Shown in pieces: positions 31,601-40,310 of a stretch of DNA of 64,000 bases. The stretch is from positions 32,390 through 96,389 of the IMG/VR virus record IMGVR_UViG_3300025133_000048; one strand, given 5' to 3'. Position numbers and translations under genes: made by a program. The notes under the pieces were generated by a model. The model was not told where the DNA came from and did no database searches. It saw only the letters and a program-made list of their open reading frames with translations. Source of the stretch: a virus. Numbering within the stretch: position 1 is the first letter of the stretch; each line of letters opens with the position of its first letter.

Positions 31601-31648
31601 ACAATTGATATAGACAAGGTTGGAGGCTACGCTAACGTAAAGGTGTAA
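31601..31648 (+). repeat. Direct repeat copy 2 (orphan Rad50 C-terminus TIDIDKVGGYANVKV*)
   Basis: Same peptide length and stop position as copy 1, exactly 400 bp downstream. Confidence 0.9.
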
Positions 31649-31649
31649 C

Positions 31650-31943
31650 ATGGACAAAGAACAAATACTTGAATCTCTCAATGAGAATATCATAGAACAA
31701 GGACAAGAAAAGCTAGCTAACGTTGATTTTCAAAAAGAACTTCAGCTTAACAACCCGAATAAGGGTATGCTCGACATCGTACAGGAGAAAATCATCTCTC
31801 GTAAGCTTCTTGTTTTTATTTGCGCAACCGGCCTCCTTGCTTCGGCTCATTTAGATCCAGAGACTTGGGGAATGATTGCAATGATTTATATTGGCGGACA
31901 AACCGCCGTTGACTTTGCCAAGATGTGGCGTCATGGTGGTTAG
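31650..31943 (+). CDS. Small two-TM membrane protein, holin-like
   Basis: SRKLLVFICATGLL..WGMIAMIYIGGQ.AVD two-helix pattern; first of three membrane-protein genes. Confidence 0.5.
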   Translation: MDKEQILESLNENIIEQGQEKLANVDFQKELQLNNPNKGMLDIVQEKIISRKLLVFICATGLLASAHLDPETWGMIAMIYIGGQTAVDFAKMWRHGG

Positions 31944-32268
31944 TTTAGCAAAAGCTAAAGCATGGATTAAAGCTCACTGGAACTGGTTGGTTCTGGTGGG
32001 CTTATTCTGTTTGGCCTATGCATTGGGCAAGAGAGACTCTTCAACCTTACTCGCTCAAGCAACAATAGCAAAAGATCAATACAAAAAAGAATCGGAAGAG
32101 ATAGAGCTAGCAGCTAGAGAGAGGGCCAAGCGAGATAAGAAGATTGATAATAAGACGAAAGAAGATATAAAAAAGATTGAAGAAAAGAGAGAAAAGGATC
32201 TGGCTCGTTTGGAAACAGACATAGATGCCGACCAAGTATTCAGAGATTTAGGGATAGAGAAAAAATGA
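31933..32268 (+). CDS. N-terminal TM + coiled-coil protein, i-spanin-like (start moved to ATG 31933)
   Basis: WIKAHWNWLVLVGLFCLAYALG TM followed by a charged helical domain. Confidence 0.45.
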   Translation: MVVSLAKAKAWIKAHWNWLVLVGLFCLAYALGKRDSSTLLAQATIAKDQYKKESEEIELAARERAKRDKKIDNKTKEDIKKIEEKREKDLARLETDIDADQVFRDLGIEKK

Positions 32269-32660
32269 TTTTTATTTTATTAACATCGGTTGCAATTGCA
32301 TTGAGTCCCGAGTATACATTTCTATACCAAGGGGATGTTGCTCCATTTAATGGTCGCCTTATGAATGAAGCAGCAATAGATTTAATAACCGAACAACTGG
32401 TCAATGGCCCAAAAGAGTGTCAAATTGAAAGCCAGTATCAGCTTTCACTATTAGAAGCGGAAAAGAATGAAGAGATAAGAAGATTAAAGAACGACCACAG
32501 GTTCAATGTTGATCTGTTGGAGATAAAAATAACCGAACAGAAAACAAGAATAGAAGAATTAGAAACCTTAAAAACTCCTCCAAAACAGCGATTTTGGTTT
32601 TCTTTGGGACTAATTAGTGGTGTAGCTACTACGATAGCGATAGCTCAGGCGGTGCAGTGA
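32265..32660 (+). CDS. Signal peptide + coiled coil + C-terminal TM protein, possible spanin component
   Basis: MIFILLTSVAIA signal with no lipobox Cys; C-terminal FWFSLGLISGVATTIAIA. Confidence 0.4.
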   Translation: MIFILLTSVAIALSPEYTFLYQGDVAPFNGRLMNEAAIDLITEQLVNGPKECQIESQYQLSLLEAEKNEEIRRLKNDHRFNVDLLEIKITEQKTRIEELETLKTPPKQRFWFSLGLISGVATTIAIAQAVQ

Positions 32661-33028
32661 AGAAAGATCCTAATAAGATTGTAAAGATAGAACAAGCTAT
32701 AGCCAAGAAATACGGTGAAGAAACAATACAGAATCCAAAAGCAGAATGGACTGATGAAAAGGAGCGAGAGTATCTCGCTCAATTAAAAGACTTATACCGT
32801 GAAAGAAACGAATTGGAATCCGAAGAGCAGGAAATCAATGGAGTTTTTATAAATAAAAAACTACTTAATAAAGAATCGTCTAGATCCTGTCCGGTTTGCA
32901 ACACATATTCATTTAAGTCCAATGATGACGTTTACATGTCCAAGTTTGATTGTTGTGAGAAGTGTTACATACAATGGGTTGAAGATCGTGAGGAACGATG
33001 GAAAAAAGGATGGAGACCAAATAAATGA
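32657..33028 (+). CDS. Zn-finger-like hypothetical protein
   Basis: GTG start overlapping the previous stop; CPVC..CCEKC; WVEDREERWKKGWRP. Confidence 0.6.
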   Translation: MKKDPNKIVKIEQAIAKKYGEETIQNPKAEWTDEKEREYLAQLKDLYRERNELESEEQEINGVFINKKLLNKESSRSCPVCNTYSFKSNDDVYMSKFDCCEKCYIQWVEDREERWKKGWRPNK

Positions 33029-33561
33029 GTTCAACAACACTAGAAATTATTCAAGGATTAGCTCAAGCGGCTGCTAATGTATATGATGGAGCCCACGATG
33101 AAAGGTTCGTAAGAGATGGAGAGGCCAAGGCCGTTGGTCTTAAAAGAGAAGAGGGTTGTCCTATTATCGACTCTCGTGTTATGGATGGCTTCTCTGTGAG
33201 TTTTTCCGGAGATTCAATTTGTATTAAGTATCAAGCTGATGTTCAACTTCGCGAGGTTTATGCCAATGACTTCGAATCAATGATGGAACAACAACTTAAT
33301 GAAATTAAGAACTTCTTGCAAAAAGAATATAGAGCGATTACTGGTAAATCAGTTACTTTAAAGTCAAAAGGCGAACCACAGATTCTTGTACAGTCAACAT
33401 CACGAGTTCGCTCGTTCGTACAAGCATACCAGCATTATACAATCTCTGGTGTAGAATCCTTGCCTATTTTGGAACCTTCTATCGATAAGACTAGAGAGAC
33501 AACAAGAAAGTTTTTATCTCAATTTTCGGACAAAAGACCGAGCAACGACACACGTAAATAA
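33025..33561 (+). CDS. Hypothetical protein (head-region)
   Basis: 178 aa ORF with ATGA-type overlap. Confidence 0.6.
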   Translation: MSSTTLEIIQGLAQAAANVYDGAHDERFVRDGEAKAVGLKREEGCPIIDSRVMDGFSVSFSGDSICIKYQADVQLREVYANDFESMMEQQLNEIKNFLQKEYRAITGKSVTLKSKGEPQILVQSTSRVRSFVQAYQHYTISGVESLPILEPSIDKTRETTRKFLSQFSDKRPSNDTRK

Positions 33562-33574
33562 GGAGACAGTCGAA

Positions 33575-33841
33575 ATGAAATTAACAAGAGAAACACTTAA
33601 GCAAATTATTAAAGAAGAAATACAGATCATCAAGGAAGAAATGGATACCATAGACGCCAGTGAACTCACTCCTCCCAAAAAGGATACAACAGCAGAATTC
33701 GAAAAAATTGGCGCTCTTGAGCAGTTTATAGCAAACCTACGAGCCAAGCCTTTCAGCGATGGATTAACTGATGACGAGCTTGCCGGTATCATTATCCAGT
33801 CATTAACCAATGCTGGTTATGACGTTAACGAGCTTCGTTAA
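33575..33841 (+). CDS. Small putative internal head protein with LKQIIKEE propeptide
   Basis: SD AAGGAG; N-terminus MKLTRETLKQIIKEEIQIIKEE contains I-x-E sites of the gp21 protease type. Confidence 0.55.
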   Translation: MKLTRETLKQIIKEEIQIIKEEMDTIDASELTPPKKDTTAEFEKIGALEQFIANLRAKPFSDGLTDDELAGIIIQSLTNAGYDVNELR

Positions 33842-33892
33842 TACTTATAGAGTTATCGCCATAGGCAAAGGAATTACCAATCATAGGGGCAC

Positions 33893-35482
33893 ATGACTCT
33901 TAAGTTAACAAAACAAGAGATCGTAAAAGAGATCGTTAAGTCGGGAAAAGATCCAACATATTTTATTAATAATTATTGTAGGATTTCACACCCACTTAAG
34001 GGTCTTATCCCTTTTAATACTTACCCGTATCAGGACGATCTAATAAATGACTTTAACGATTATCGTTTTAATGTTATTTTAAAAGGCAGGCAGCTTGGAA
34101 TCTCAACGATTTCGGCTGCTTATGCTGTTTGGTTTATGCTATTTCACAAAGAGAAGAATATTCTCGTAATGGCCACAAAGTTCTCAACAGCAGCCAACTT
34201 GGTTAAAAAAGTAAAGCAGGTTATGAAGAACCTCCCGCCTTGGATGCAAGTCGCAAAGATCAGCATTGACAACAGAACATCTTTTGAATTATCAAATGGC
34301 TCAACCATCAAAGCAGTGGGAACATCAGCAGACGCTGGTCGTTCGGAAGCTCTATCTTTGCTCATTATAGACGAGGCAGCACACGTTGAAGGGCTTGATG
34401 ACCTCTGGGCAGGACTCTATCCCACTCTGTCGACTGGTGGTCGTTGTATTGCCTTGTCGACACCTCTGGGTGTTGGAAACTGGTTCCACAGAACTTATGT
34501 TGATGCCGAGAGTGGTGATAATGAATTTCATCCGGTAAAGCTCCCATGGGATGTGCATCCAGAAAGAGATCAAGCATGGTTTGAGAAAGAGACCAAGAAT
34601 ATGTCGCGACGACAGATTGCTCAAGAGCTTGAATGTAATTTTAATACATCTGGTGACACTGTGATTCATCCGGATGACATTGGATGGCTTATTAATCTTA
34701 TAGAAGAACCACAGTATAGAACTGGTTTTGATCGTAACCTTTGGATTTGGGAAAAGTATCAAGAAGGAGCGCCTTATCTTTTAGTGGCAGATGTTGCTCG
34801 TGGAGATGGTGCCGACTCTTCTGTTTTTCATGTGCTGAGAACAGATACAATGCAAATCGCAGCCGAGTATCAGGGTAAGCCAAGCTTAGACCACTATTCA
34901 AGGATTCTGAATGATGCTGGAAGAGAATACGGCACTTGTTTGTTGGTTGTTGAGAATGTTGGTATTGGTATTTCTGTTTTAGAAAAGCTTCGCGACTTAG
35001 ATTATCCCAATCTTTATTATTCGATCAAATCGACACATAAATATGTAGACCCTGTTGAGGGAGAATACAACGACCAAGCGGTTATGGGCTTTACCACTTC
35101 ATCAAAAACAAGACCTCTTATTGTGGCTAAGCTCGAAGAATACATAAGAAATAAGCTAATAAGACCGAGGTCTCAAAGGCTATTCTCAGAGGTTAAGACA
35201 TTCATTTGGAATAATGGGAAGCCGCAGGCAATGAGAAGCTATCATGATGATTTAATAATGTCTTTGGCAATTGCTTGTTGGGTTAGAGATACTGCTTTAG
35301 AGGTCTCACAGAAGGAAGTTCAATATCAAAAGGCCATGCTTGACTCTATGTATTGCTCTTCAAAAACATTAAATACGGCTATCAAAGGAATGAAAGAGTA
35401 TGATAAAAGAGAAACCTTTGATGAAAAGTATGAAAAAGAAATAGAGATCGTTAAAGATTTCCCTTGGATTTTTAAAGGCTAG
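33893..35482 (+). CDS. terL: Terminase large subunit (T4 gp17-like)
   Basis: YPYQ Q-motif, KGRQLGIST Walker A, LLIIDEAAH Walker B, LSTP coupling motif; RNase H ADVARG..D.S and HDDLIMS. Confidence 0.95.
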   Translation: MTLKLTKQEIVKEIVKSGKDPTYFINNYCRISHPLKGLIPFNTYPYQDDLINDFNDYRFNVILKGRQLGISTISAAYAVWFMLFHKEKNILVMATKFSTAANLVKKVKQVMKNLPPWMQVAKISIDNRTSFELSNGSTIKAVGTSADAGRSEALSLLIIDEAAHVEGLDDLWAGLYPTLSTGGRCIALSTPLGVGNWFHRTYVDAESGDNEFHPVKLPWDVHPERDQAWFEKETKNMSRRQIAQELECNFNTSGDTVIHPDDIGWLINLIEEPQYRTGFDRNLWIWEKYQEGAPYLLVADVARGDGADSSVFHVLRTDTMQIAAEYQGKPSLDHYSRILNDAGREYGTCLLVVENVGIGISVLEKLRDLDYPNLYYSIKSTHKYVDPVEGEYNDQAVMGFTTSSKTRPLIVAKLEEYIRNKLIRPRSQRLFSEVKTFIWNNGKPQAMRSYHDDLIMSLAIACWVRDTALEVSQKEVQYQKAMLDSMYCSSKTLNTAIKGMKEYDKRETFDEKYEKEIEIVKDFPWIFKG

Positions 35483-35523
35483 TTGACAAAAGCATCTTTT
35501 TATGCTATAATACAACTATTTAC
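35483..35523 (+). promoter_or_regulatory. Tandem sigma70 promoter and late motif upstream of portal
   Basis: TTGACA(35483)-17 nt-TATAAT(35506) with TGn, then ACTATTTAC at 35515. Confidence 0.75.
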
Positions 35524-35540
35524 AAAGGAAAGGAACTCTT

Positions 35541-37427
35541 ATGGCCAAAAACAAAAAATCACCTTATAATCCGGAATCCGGACTTTTTAAATCTTTAACA
35601 AGATTATTTTCCGGCCCGATTACACAAAGAAGAACACAGACAGGACGACAGTTACGTCGGAAGCATCTTGACATGTATTCTAGCAACTTCAAGTCCACCT
35701 CTGGTCGGCAATTCAAGAAGTGGGAAAACAACCCCATAAACTCAATAACTCTAAACATGATCTCAAACAGAAATCGAGCTGAGAGATACATAGACTTTGA
35801 TGAAATGGAATACGTACCGGAAATTGCTTCATCACTAGATATCTACGCAGATGAGATGACAACACATACGGAAATACGCCCGATGCTTCGCGTTAAGTGT
35901 GCAAATGAAGAAATCAAGCATGTACTTGCAAATCTTTATCACAATATCTTAAACATCGAGCACAATCTATTTGGATGGTCGCGTACTATGTGTAAGTATG
36001 GAGATTTCTTTCTCTATTTAGACATTGATGAAAATCTGGGTATTAGAAACGCCATCGGCCTACCTCCACAGGAAATAGAGAGACTTGAAGGTGAGGACGA
36101 AACCAATGCCAACTATGTTCAATTTCAATGGAATACAGCCGGTCTTACTTTGGAAAATTGGCAGATCGCACACTTTCGTATTCTAGGAAACGACAAACAT
36201 GCTCCGTACGGAACCTCAGTATTAGAGGCGTCTAGACGTATTTATCGACAACTGATTCTATTAGAAGATGCAATGATGGCTTATCGTATTGTTCGTGCAC
36301 CCGAACGTCGTGTATTTAAGATCGATGTTGGAGGGATACCCCCACAAGATGTAGAACAATACATGCAAAAAGTCATGACCCAAATGAAGCGTCACCAAGT
36401 GGTTGATCCTACAACTGGTAAGGTAGATTTGCGTTACAACCCTCTGTCAATTGAAGAGGATTATTATATCCCTGTAAGAGGGCAAACTGCGACGGACATA
36501 CAGAATCTTGCTGGTGGCCAGTTCACAGGACAGATAGACGATGTTAAATATCTTAGAGACAAACTCTTTGCAGCACTTAAAATTCCGCAATCATACCTTA
36601 CCATGGGCGACGGAGCATCAGAAGACAAGGCTACTCTTGCACAGAAAGACATTCGCTTCGCCAGAACCATTCAAAGGCTTCAAAGAGTTATCATCTCAGA
36701 GCTAGAAAAGGTTGGAATAATACATCTTTACACTTTGGGCTATCGTGATGATGATTTACTGTCTTTTAAACTACAGTTAAATAATCCTTCAAAGATTGCT
36801 GAGTTGCAAGAAATTGAACACTGGAAGGCTAGGTTTGACATCGCAGCTTCCGCAACAGAAGGGTATTTCTCAAAAAGATGGGTATCAGAACACCTTCTGG
36901 GAATGTCGGAAGACGAGTTCCTTAGAAACCAACGAGAAATGTATTTTGATAAGAAATATGCTGCTAAGCTTGAATCCGCTGCTAATGGCGAAGCTCCACC
37001 GGAAGATTCTGGTGGTCTCGGAGATTTGGGCGGAGATCGAGGCGGAGATGAGGACCTTGGGGATTTAACTGATGATTTCGAAGCACCAGAAACTGAAGAA
37101 GCTCCCGATGAGGATCTTTTGGCCGAACCAGCAGCCAAGAGAGACGACGGAAAGAGAGGTCCTTATAAGAGACATCAACGTTCTTATGACAAGGGCGGAA
37201 GAATTAAAAATTATAAAAGCCTAGCTACACCAGAAACCGGAACAGACAGAACCACATGGGCTGGTAAAACTGGTTTTGGAGGACTAGACTCAATTGCAAA
37301 GGGTATGGTTGAGGCAAAAGAAAAACATGACGCATTGGATGAAGAGAAGCTATTTAAAACAAACGCAGAGGTTCAATCTCTGTTAGCAGGATTATTTAAC
37401 AAGGACAAAAAACATGAAACACAATAA
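35541..37427 (+). CDS. Portal protein (T4 gp20-like)
   Basis: PEIASSLDIYADE, LLEDAMMAYRIVRAPERRVFKIDVG, EEDYYIP, DDVKYLRDKLFAALKIP. Confidence 0.95.
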   Translation: MAKNKKSPYNPESGLFKSLTRLFSGPITQRRTQTGRQLRRKHLDMYSSNFKSTSGRQFKKWENNPINSITLNMISNRNRAERYIDFDEMEYVPEIASSLDIYADEMTTHTEIRPMLRVKCANEEIKHVLANLYHNILNIEHNLFGWSRTMCKYGDFFLYLDIDENLGIRNAIGLPPQEIERLEGEDETNANYVQFQWNTAGLTLENWQIAHFRILGNDKHAPYGTSVLEASRRIYRQLILLEDAMMAYRIVRAPERRVFKIDVGGIPPQDVEQYMQKVMTQMKRHQVVDPTTGKVDLRYNPLSIEEDYYIPVRGQTATDIQNLAGGQFTGQIDDVKYLRDKLFAALKIPQSYLTMGDGASEDKATLAQKDIRFARTIQRLQRVIISELEKVGIIHLYTLGYRDDDLLSFKLQLNNPSKIAELQEIEHWKARFDIAASATEGYFSKRWVSEHLLGMSEDEFLRNQREMYFDKKYAAKLESAANGEAPPEDSGGLGDLGGDRGGDEDLGDLTDDFEAPETEEAPDEDLLAEPAAKRDDGKRGPYKRHQRSYDKGGRIKNYKSLATPETGTDRTTWAGKTGFGGLDSIAKGMVEAKEKHDALDEEKLFKTNAEVQSLLAGLFNKDKKHETQ

Positions 37428-38214
37428 GAAAAGAAATACCGCTTTTCTTTACGAATGTCTAATCAAAGAGACAACAAGAGCCATTGTACGTAAAGATGAG
37501 GTTAAAAAAGATGCTATAATAAGCATCATTAAAGAGAACTTTGCAAAAGGTACGCCACTATATAACGATCTCCAGACCTACAAGCAGCTCTTGGAAACTA
37601 AAAATTTAAAAACAGATTTTGCTGCAAGATTTATTGTTGAAGTTAAAAAAGATTGGGAATCGTTAGATCGAAAAGAAATCTTCAATCAACAGACTATTCT
37701 TATTAAACAAATAAATGAAACACTTGGTTCTGATGTTTTTGGAAACTTTGTGCAGAACTATCGTAATCTTGCGACAATTGGGCAATTTTTCAACTCCTCT
37801 TCTGTTGCTGCTAAGAATAGACTAATGCTAGAAGACAAGGTGAAAATACTTGTAATGGTTGAAGAAAAAGAACTAAAAGAAGACAAAATGCTTCACTTGG
37901 ATAAGCTCACTTATAATACATTTGTTAACAAGTTCAATGAAACGTATCAACACACTTTGCGCAACGAACAAAGAAGCCTGTTGACCAATTATATTACATC
38001 GTTTTCAGATAATGGATTGGGACTTAAAGCGTTTATGAATGAAGAGTTGGGAAGAATTAAAGAAGAGATTGACTCATTAACAGATTCTCCGTATACGGAC
38101 AGACTTCAGGAAATTAAAACAAAGCTAGAGTCATATGCGAATGTTCCCTTAACAGAACAGATTGTTAAAGAAGTGTTTTACATTCAAGATTTGATTGCGG
38201 AGATCAAGAAATGA
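37414..38214 (+). CDS. Helical hypothetical protein, probably prohead assembly
   Basis: Overlaps the portal end; MKHNKKRNTAFLYE N-terminus; lies between portal and protease. Confidence 0.55.
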   Translation: MKHNKKRNTAFLYECLIKETTRAIVRKDEVKKDAIISIIKENFAKGTPLYNDLQTYKQLLETKNLKTDFAARFIVEVKKDWESLDRKEIFNQQTILIKQINETLGSDVFGNFVQNYRNLATIGQFFNSSSVAAKNRLMLEDKVKILVMVEEKELKEDKMLHLDKLTYNTFVNKFNETYQHTLRNEQRSLLTNYITSFSDNGLGLKAFMNEELGRIKEEIDSLTDSPYTDRLQEIKTKLESYANVPLTEQIVKEVFYIQDLIAEIKK

Positions 38215-38807
38215 AAATAACAATAACACCCTCAGACTTTGGAAATGAAATAGATACAACTACCGACATAGATGTTGTGCCAACCGTTGGAGTGCGAATA
38301 GTAAATCCAAATAAAGAAACGATAGAGCTTGAGATGAATATGAGACGCGCTCTTAACGGAGACCTGATGATCTTTGAGCATAAAGAGATCGATATTGTTA
38401 TAATGAAGGATAAGAAAAAAGTTGTTGCTTTTGCCAAGGACTTGATGTCCGAAATAGTCTACGGAGCAGAAGCTCGTCTGATGGAGCATTTGAAAGTTGC
38501 CGGCATTATAGAATATGACTCCATACAAGGAGGCAATGTGTATGGATCTTTAGAGGGAAAGATACAAAATTCTTCTGATCGTGATCCAATTAAAATGACA
38601 ATTTATCAAGTCTACCAATGGCTCCAAGCAGAAAAACCGTACACAGAAGCAGTAAAGGGGCATGACGAAATGATGAATGATGCCTTTCTTGACCCAGATG
38701 CAGAGCATTCAACCGAGCTTGGCGAAGTTCCTCATCAAGACGAAAAAGGCTCCATCAATCAAAAAGGATTGTTTTCTCCATATTTCTATGGACGATTTAC
38801 ATACTAA
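38211..38807 (+). CDS. Hypothetical protein
   Basis: Translationally coupled ORF; C-terminal STELGEVP..KGSI. Confidence 0.6.
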   Translation: MKITITPSDFGNEIDTTTDIDVVPTVGVRIVNPNKETIELEMNMRRALNGDLMIFEHKEIDIVIMKDKKKVVAFAKDLMSEIVYGAEARLMEHLKVAGIIEYDSIQGGNVYGSLEGKIQNSSDRDPIKMTIYQVYQWLQAEKPYTEAVKGHDEMMNDAFLDPDAEHSTELGEVPHQDEKGSINQKGLFSPYFYGRFTY

Positions 38808-39181
38808 TGACTGTAAATCTTATTGAAATAAATTCTGATTTAATTTGGTTTGTCTTGGCAGCTTATGGATTAACACAAATTTTGGTCTATTCGAAAGTCT
38901 TTGAAAAGATAAGACCCAATAGAGATCAGTGGGGTCTTATTGGATACATGGCCAATTGTTCAATGTGTATGGGCTTTTGGGTTGGGATGTTTTTGTTCTT
39001 CATAAACGGATTTACAGAACTATTTACATTTGATTATAATATAGGCAACATGTTTGTTTGCGGCTGGATTTCTTCGGGTACTTCGTATTTTTTATCTATG
39101 ATACTTAACGATGAAGGTTTAAAGATTCAAGGAAACAAAACAACTTGTGAATGCTCAACAACACAAAGGAGTAAGTTATGA
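38807..39181 (+). CDS. Membrane protein with CxxC, DUF1360-like
   Basis: Three hydrophobic segments; CSMCMGFWVG motif. Confidence 0.6.
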   Translation: MTVNLIEINSDLIWFVLAAYGLTQILVYSKVFEKIRPNRDQWGLIGYMANCSMCMGFWVGMFLFFINGFTELFTFDYNIGNMFVCGWISSGTSYFLSMILNDEGLKIQGNKTTCECSTTQRSKL

Positions 39182-39231
39182 TGAAAAAATGGATGTTACA
39201 ACCAGTTCGTCGTTGCTGTTCAGGAAGCTGA
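39178..39231 (+). CDS. Unannotated 17-aa micropeptide MMKKWMLQPVRRCCSGS
   Basis: SD AAGGAG at 39166-39171; ATGA overlap with the upstream stop; fills the gap before the protease gene. Confidence 0.65.
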   Translation: MMKKWMLQPVRRCCSGS

Positions 39232-39261
39232 CTCAAACGGGTAGCGCCCGTATATTTGGAG
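39232..39261 (+). promoter_or_regulatory. RNA hairpin potentially masking the protease SD
   Basis: ACGGG-TAGCG-CCCGT stem-loop; flanking CTCAA can pair with TT(G)GAG, which includes the SD GGAG at 39258-39261. Confidence 0.55.
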
Positions 39262-39267
39262 ATTTAA

Positions 39268-39900
39268 ATGAGTAAACAATTATTAACAGAATTTTTTGAG
39301 CTATGTCCAAACGGACGCTGCCTAGACATGCTTAGCGAAAGACAAAAACGAGAAGTCGTTGAAGAAGGCGTCGTCTATCTTACCGGTCGCATTCAAACTG
39401 CTGGTAAGAAGAATGGTAATGGACGAGTCTATCCAAGACCAGTTCTCGAGAAAGAAATTAAAAACTATCAAAGAGTAGTGGCCGACAATAGAGCCACCGG
39501 TGAATTGGACCACCCAGAAGATTCAGTAATTAATCTTAAGAATGTTTCACACATAATTGTAGAGTGCTGGTGGAACGGTGATGATGTAATGGGTAAAATC
39601 AAAGTTCTTGATACCCCCTCTGGTCGTATTCTTAAGGATTTAATTAATGCCGGCGTAAAGCTGGGTATCTCTTCGCGAGGACTTGGATCTGTAAACGAAG
39701 GATATGATGGAATTATAACAGTTAATGAAGATTTCCAATTAATTTGCTTTGACATCGTCTCAGAACCGTCAACCCCTAATGCGTTTGTATATCCGGATGA
39801 TAAAAAAGAAATGTTTGGCTCTGATGCCTTCAAGGTCAAGATGAGAGAAAACAAAGAAAACCAAATTGATAACCTATTTAATAAGATTCTGAGGGACTAA
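39268..39900 (+). CDS. Prohead maturation protease (T4 gp21-like)
   Basis: KNGNGRVYP, GELDHP, LDTPSG, LGISSRGLGS, FDIVSEPS. Confidence 0.95.
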   Translation: MSKQLLTEFFELCPNGRCLDMLSERQKREVVEEGVVYLTGRIQTAGKKNGNGRVYPRPVLEKEIKNYQRVVADNRATGELDHPEDSVINLKNVSHIIVECWWNGDDVMGKIKVLDTPSGRILKDLINAGVKLGISSRGLGSVNEGYDGIITVNEDFQLICFDIVSEPSTPNAFVYPDDKKEMFGSDAFKVKMRENKENQIDNLFNKILRD

Positions 39901-40310
39901 TGAATAAGCAAGAATTAAAGCAAGTTTTAAAACCATTGATTAAAGAGTGTATCCGAGAAGTAATTTTTGAGGAAGGTGCTCTTTCTTCTGTTGTTTCGGA
40001 AGTGGTTAAGGGAATGGGTCAACCAATTGTAGAGACCAAACAAACGTTCCCAACAAAACAAAAGCCACAGTATGAAACAGATGATCAAGCAAGAGAAAGG
40101 CTTCAAGAAAAAAGAAAAAAGATAATGGAAGCCGTTGGGGCCGATGCCTATAACGGCATTAATCTTTTTGAAGGAACTACTCCTGCACCTGCTCAAACAG
40201 AAACAAAACACGGACCCTTAGCAGACACGGATCCCAAGGACGCTGGTATTGACATCAGCACAGTTATGGGTAAGTCCTCGGCTATTTGGTCAAAGATGGC
40301 AGGTAAATAA
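39900..40310 (+). CDS. Hypothetical head-associated protein
   Basis: N-terminus LKPLIKECIREVIFEE; coupled to the protease stop. Confidence 0.6.
   Translation: MNKQELKQVLKPLIKECIREVIFEEGALSSVVSEVVKGMGQPIVETKQTFPTKQKPQYETDDQARERLQEKRKKIMEAVGADAYNGINLFEGTTPAPAQTETKHGPLADTDPKDAGIDISTVMGKSSAIWSKMAGK

Noticed and set aside
31201-31626. attL/attR pair or group I intron
   Set aside because: No integrase nearby; 350 bp mostly filled by an ORF leaves no room for a ribozyme core; the upstream gene already has a complete C-terminus.
32848-32855. T4 late promoter TATAAATA
   Set aside because: Single intragenic match in AT-rich sequence; the intergenic regions use a different motif.
33893-37427. Inteins or introns in terminase or portal
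   Set aside because: Normal lengths, continuous motifs, no intein splice-junction or LAGLIDADG motifs seen.
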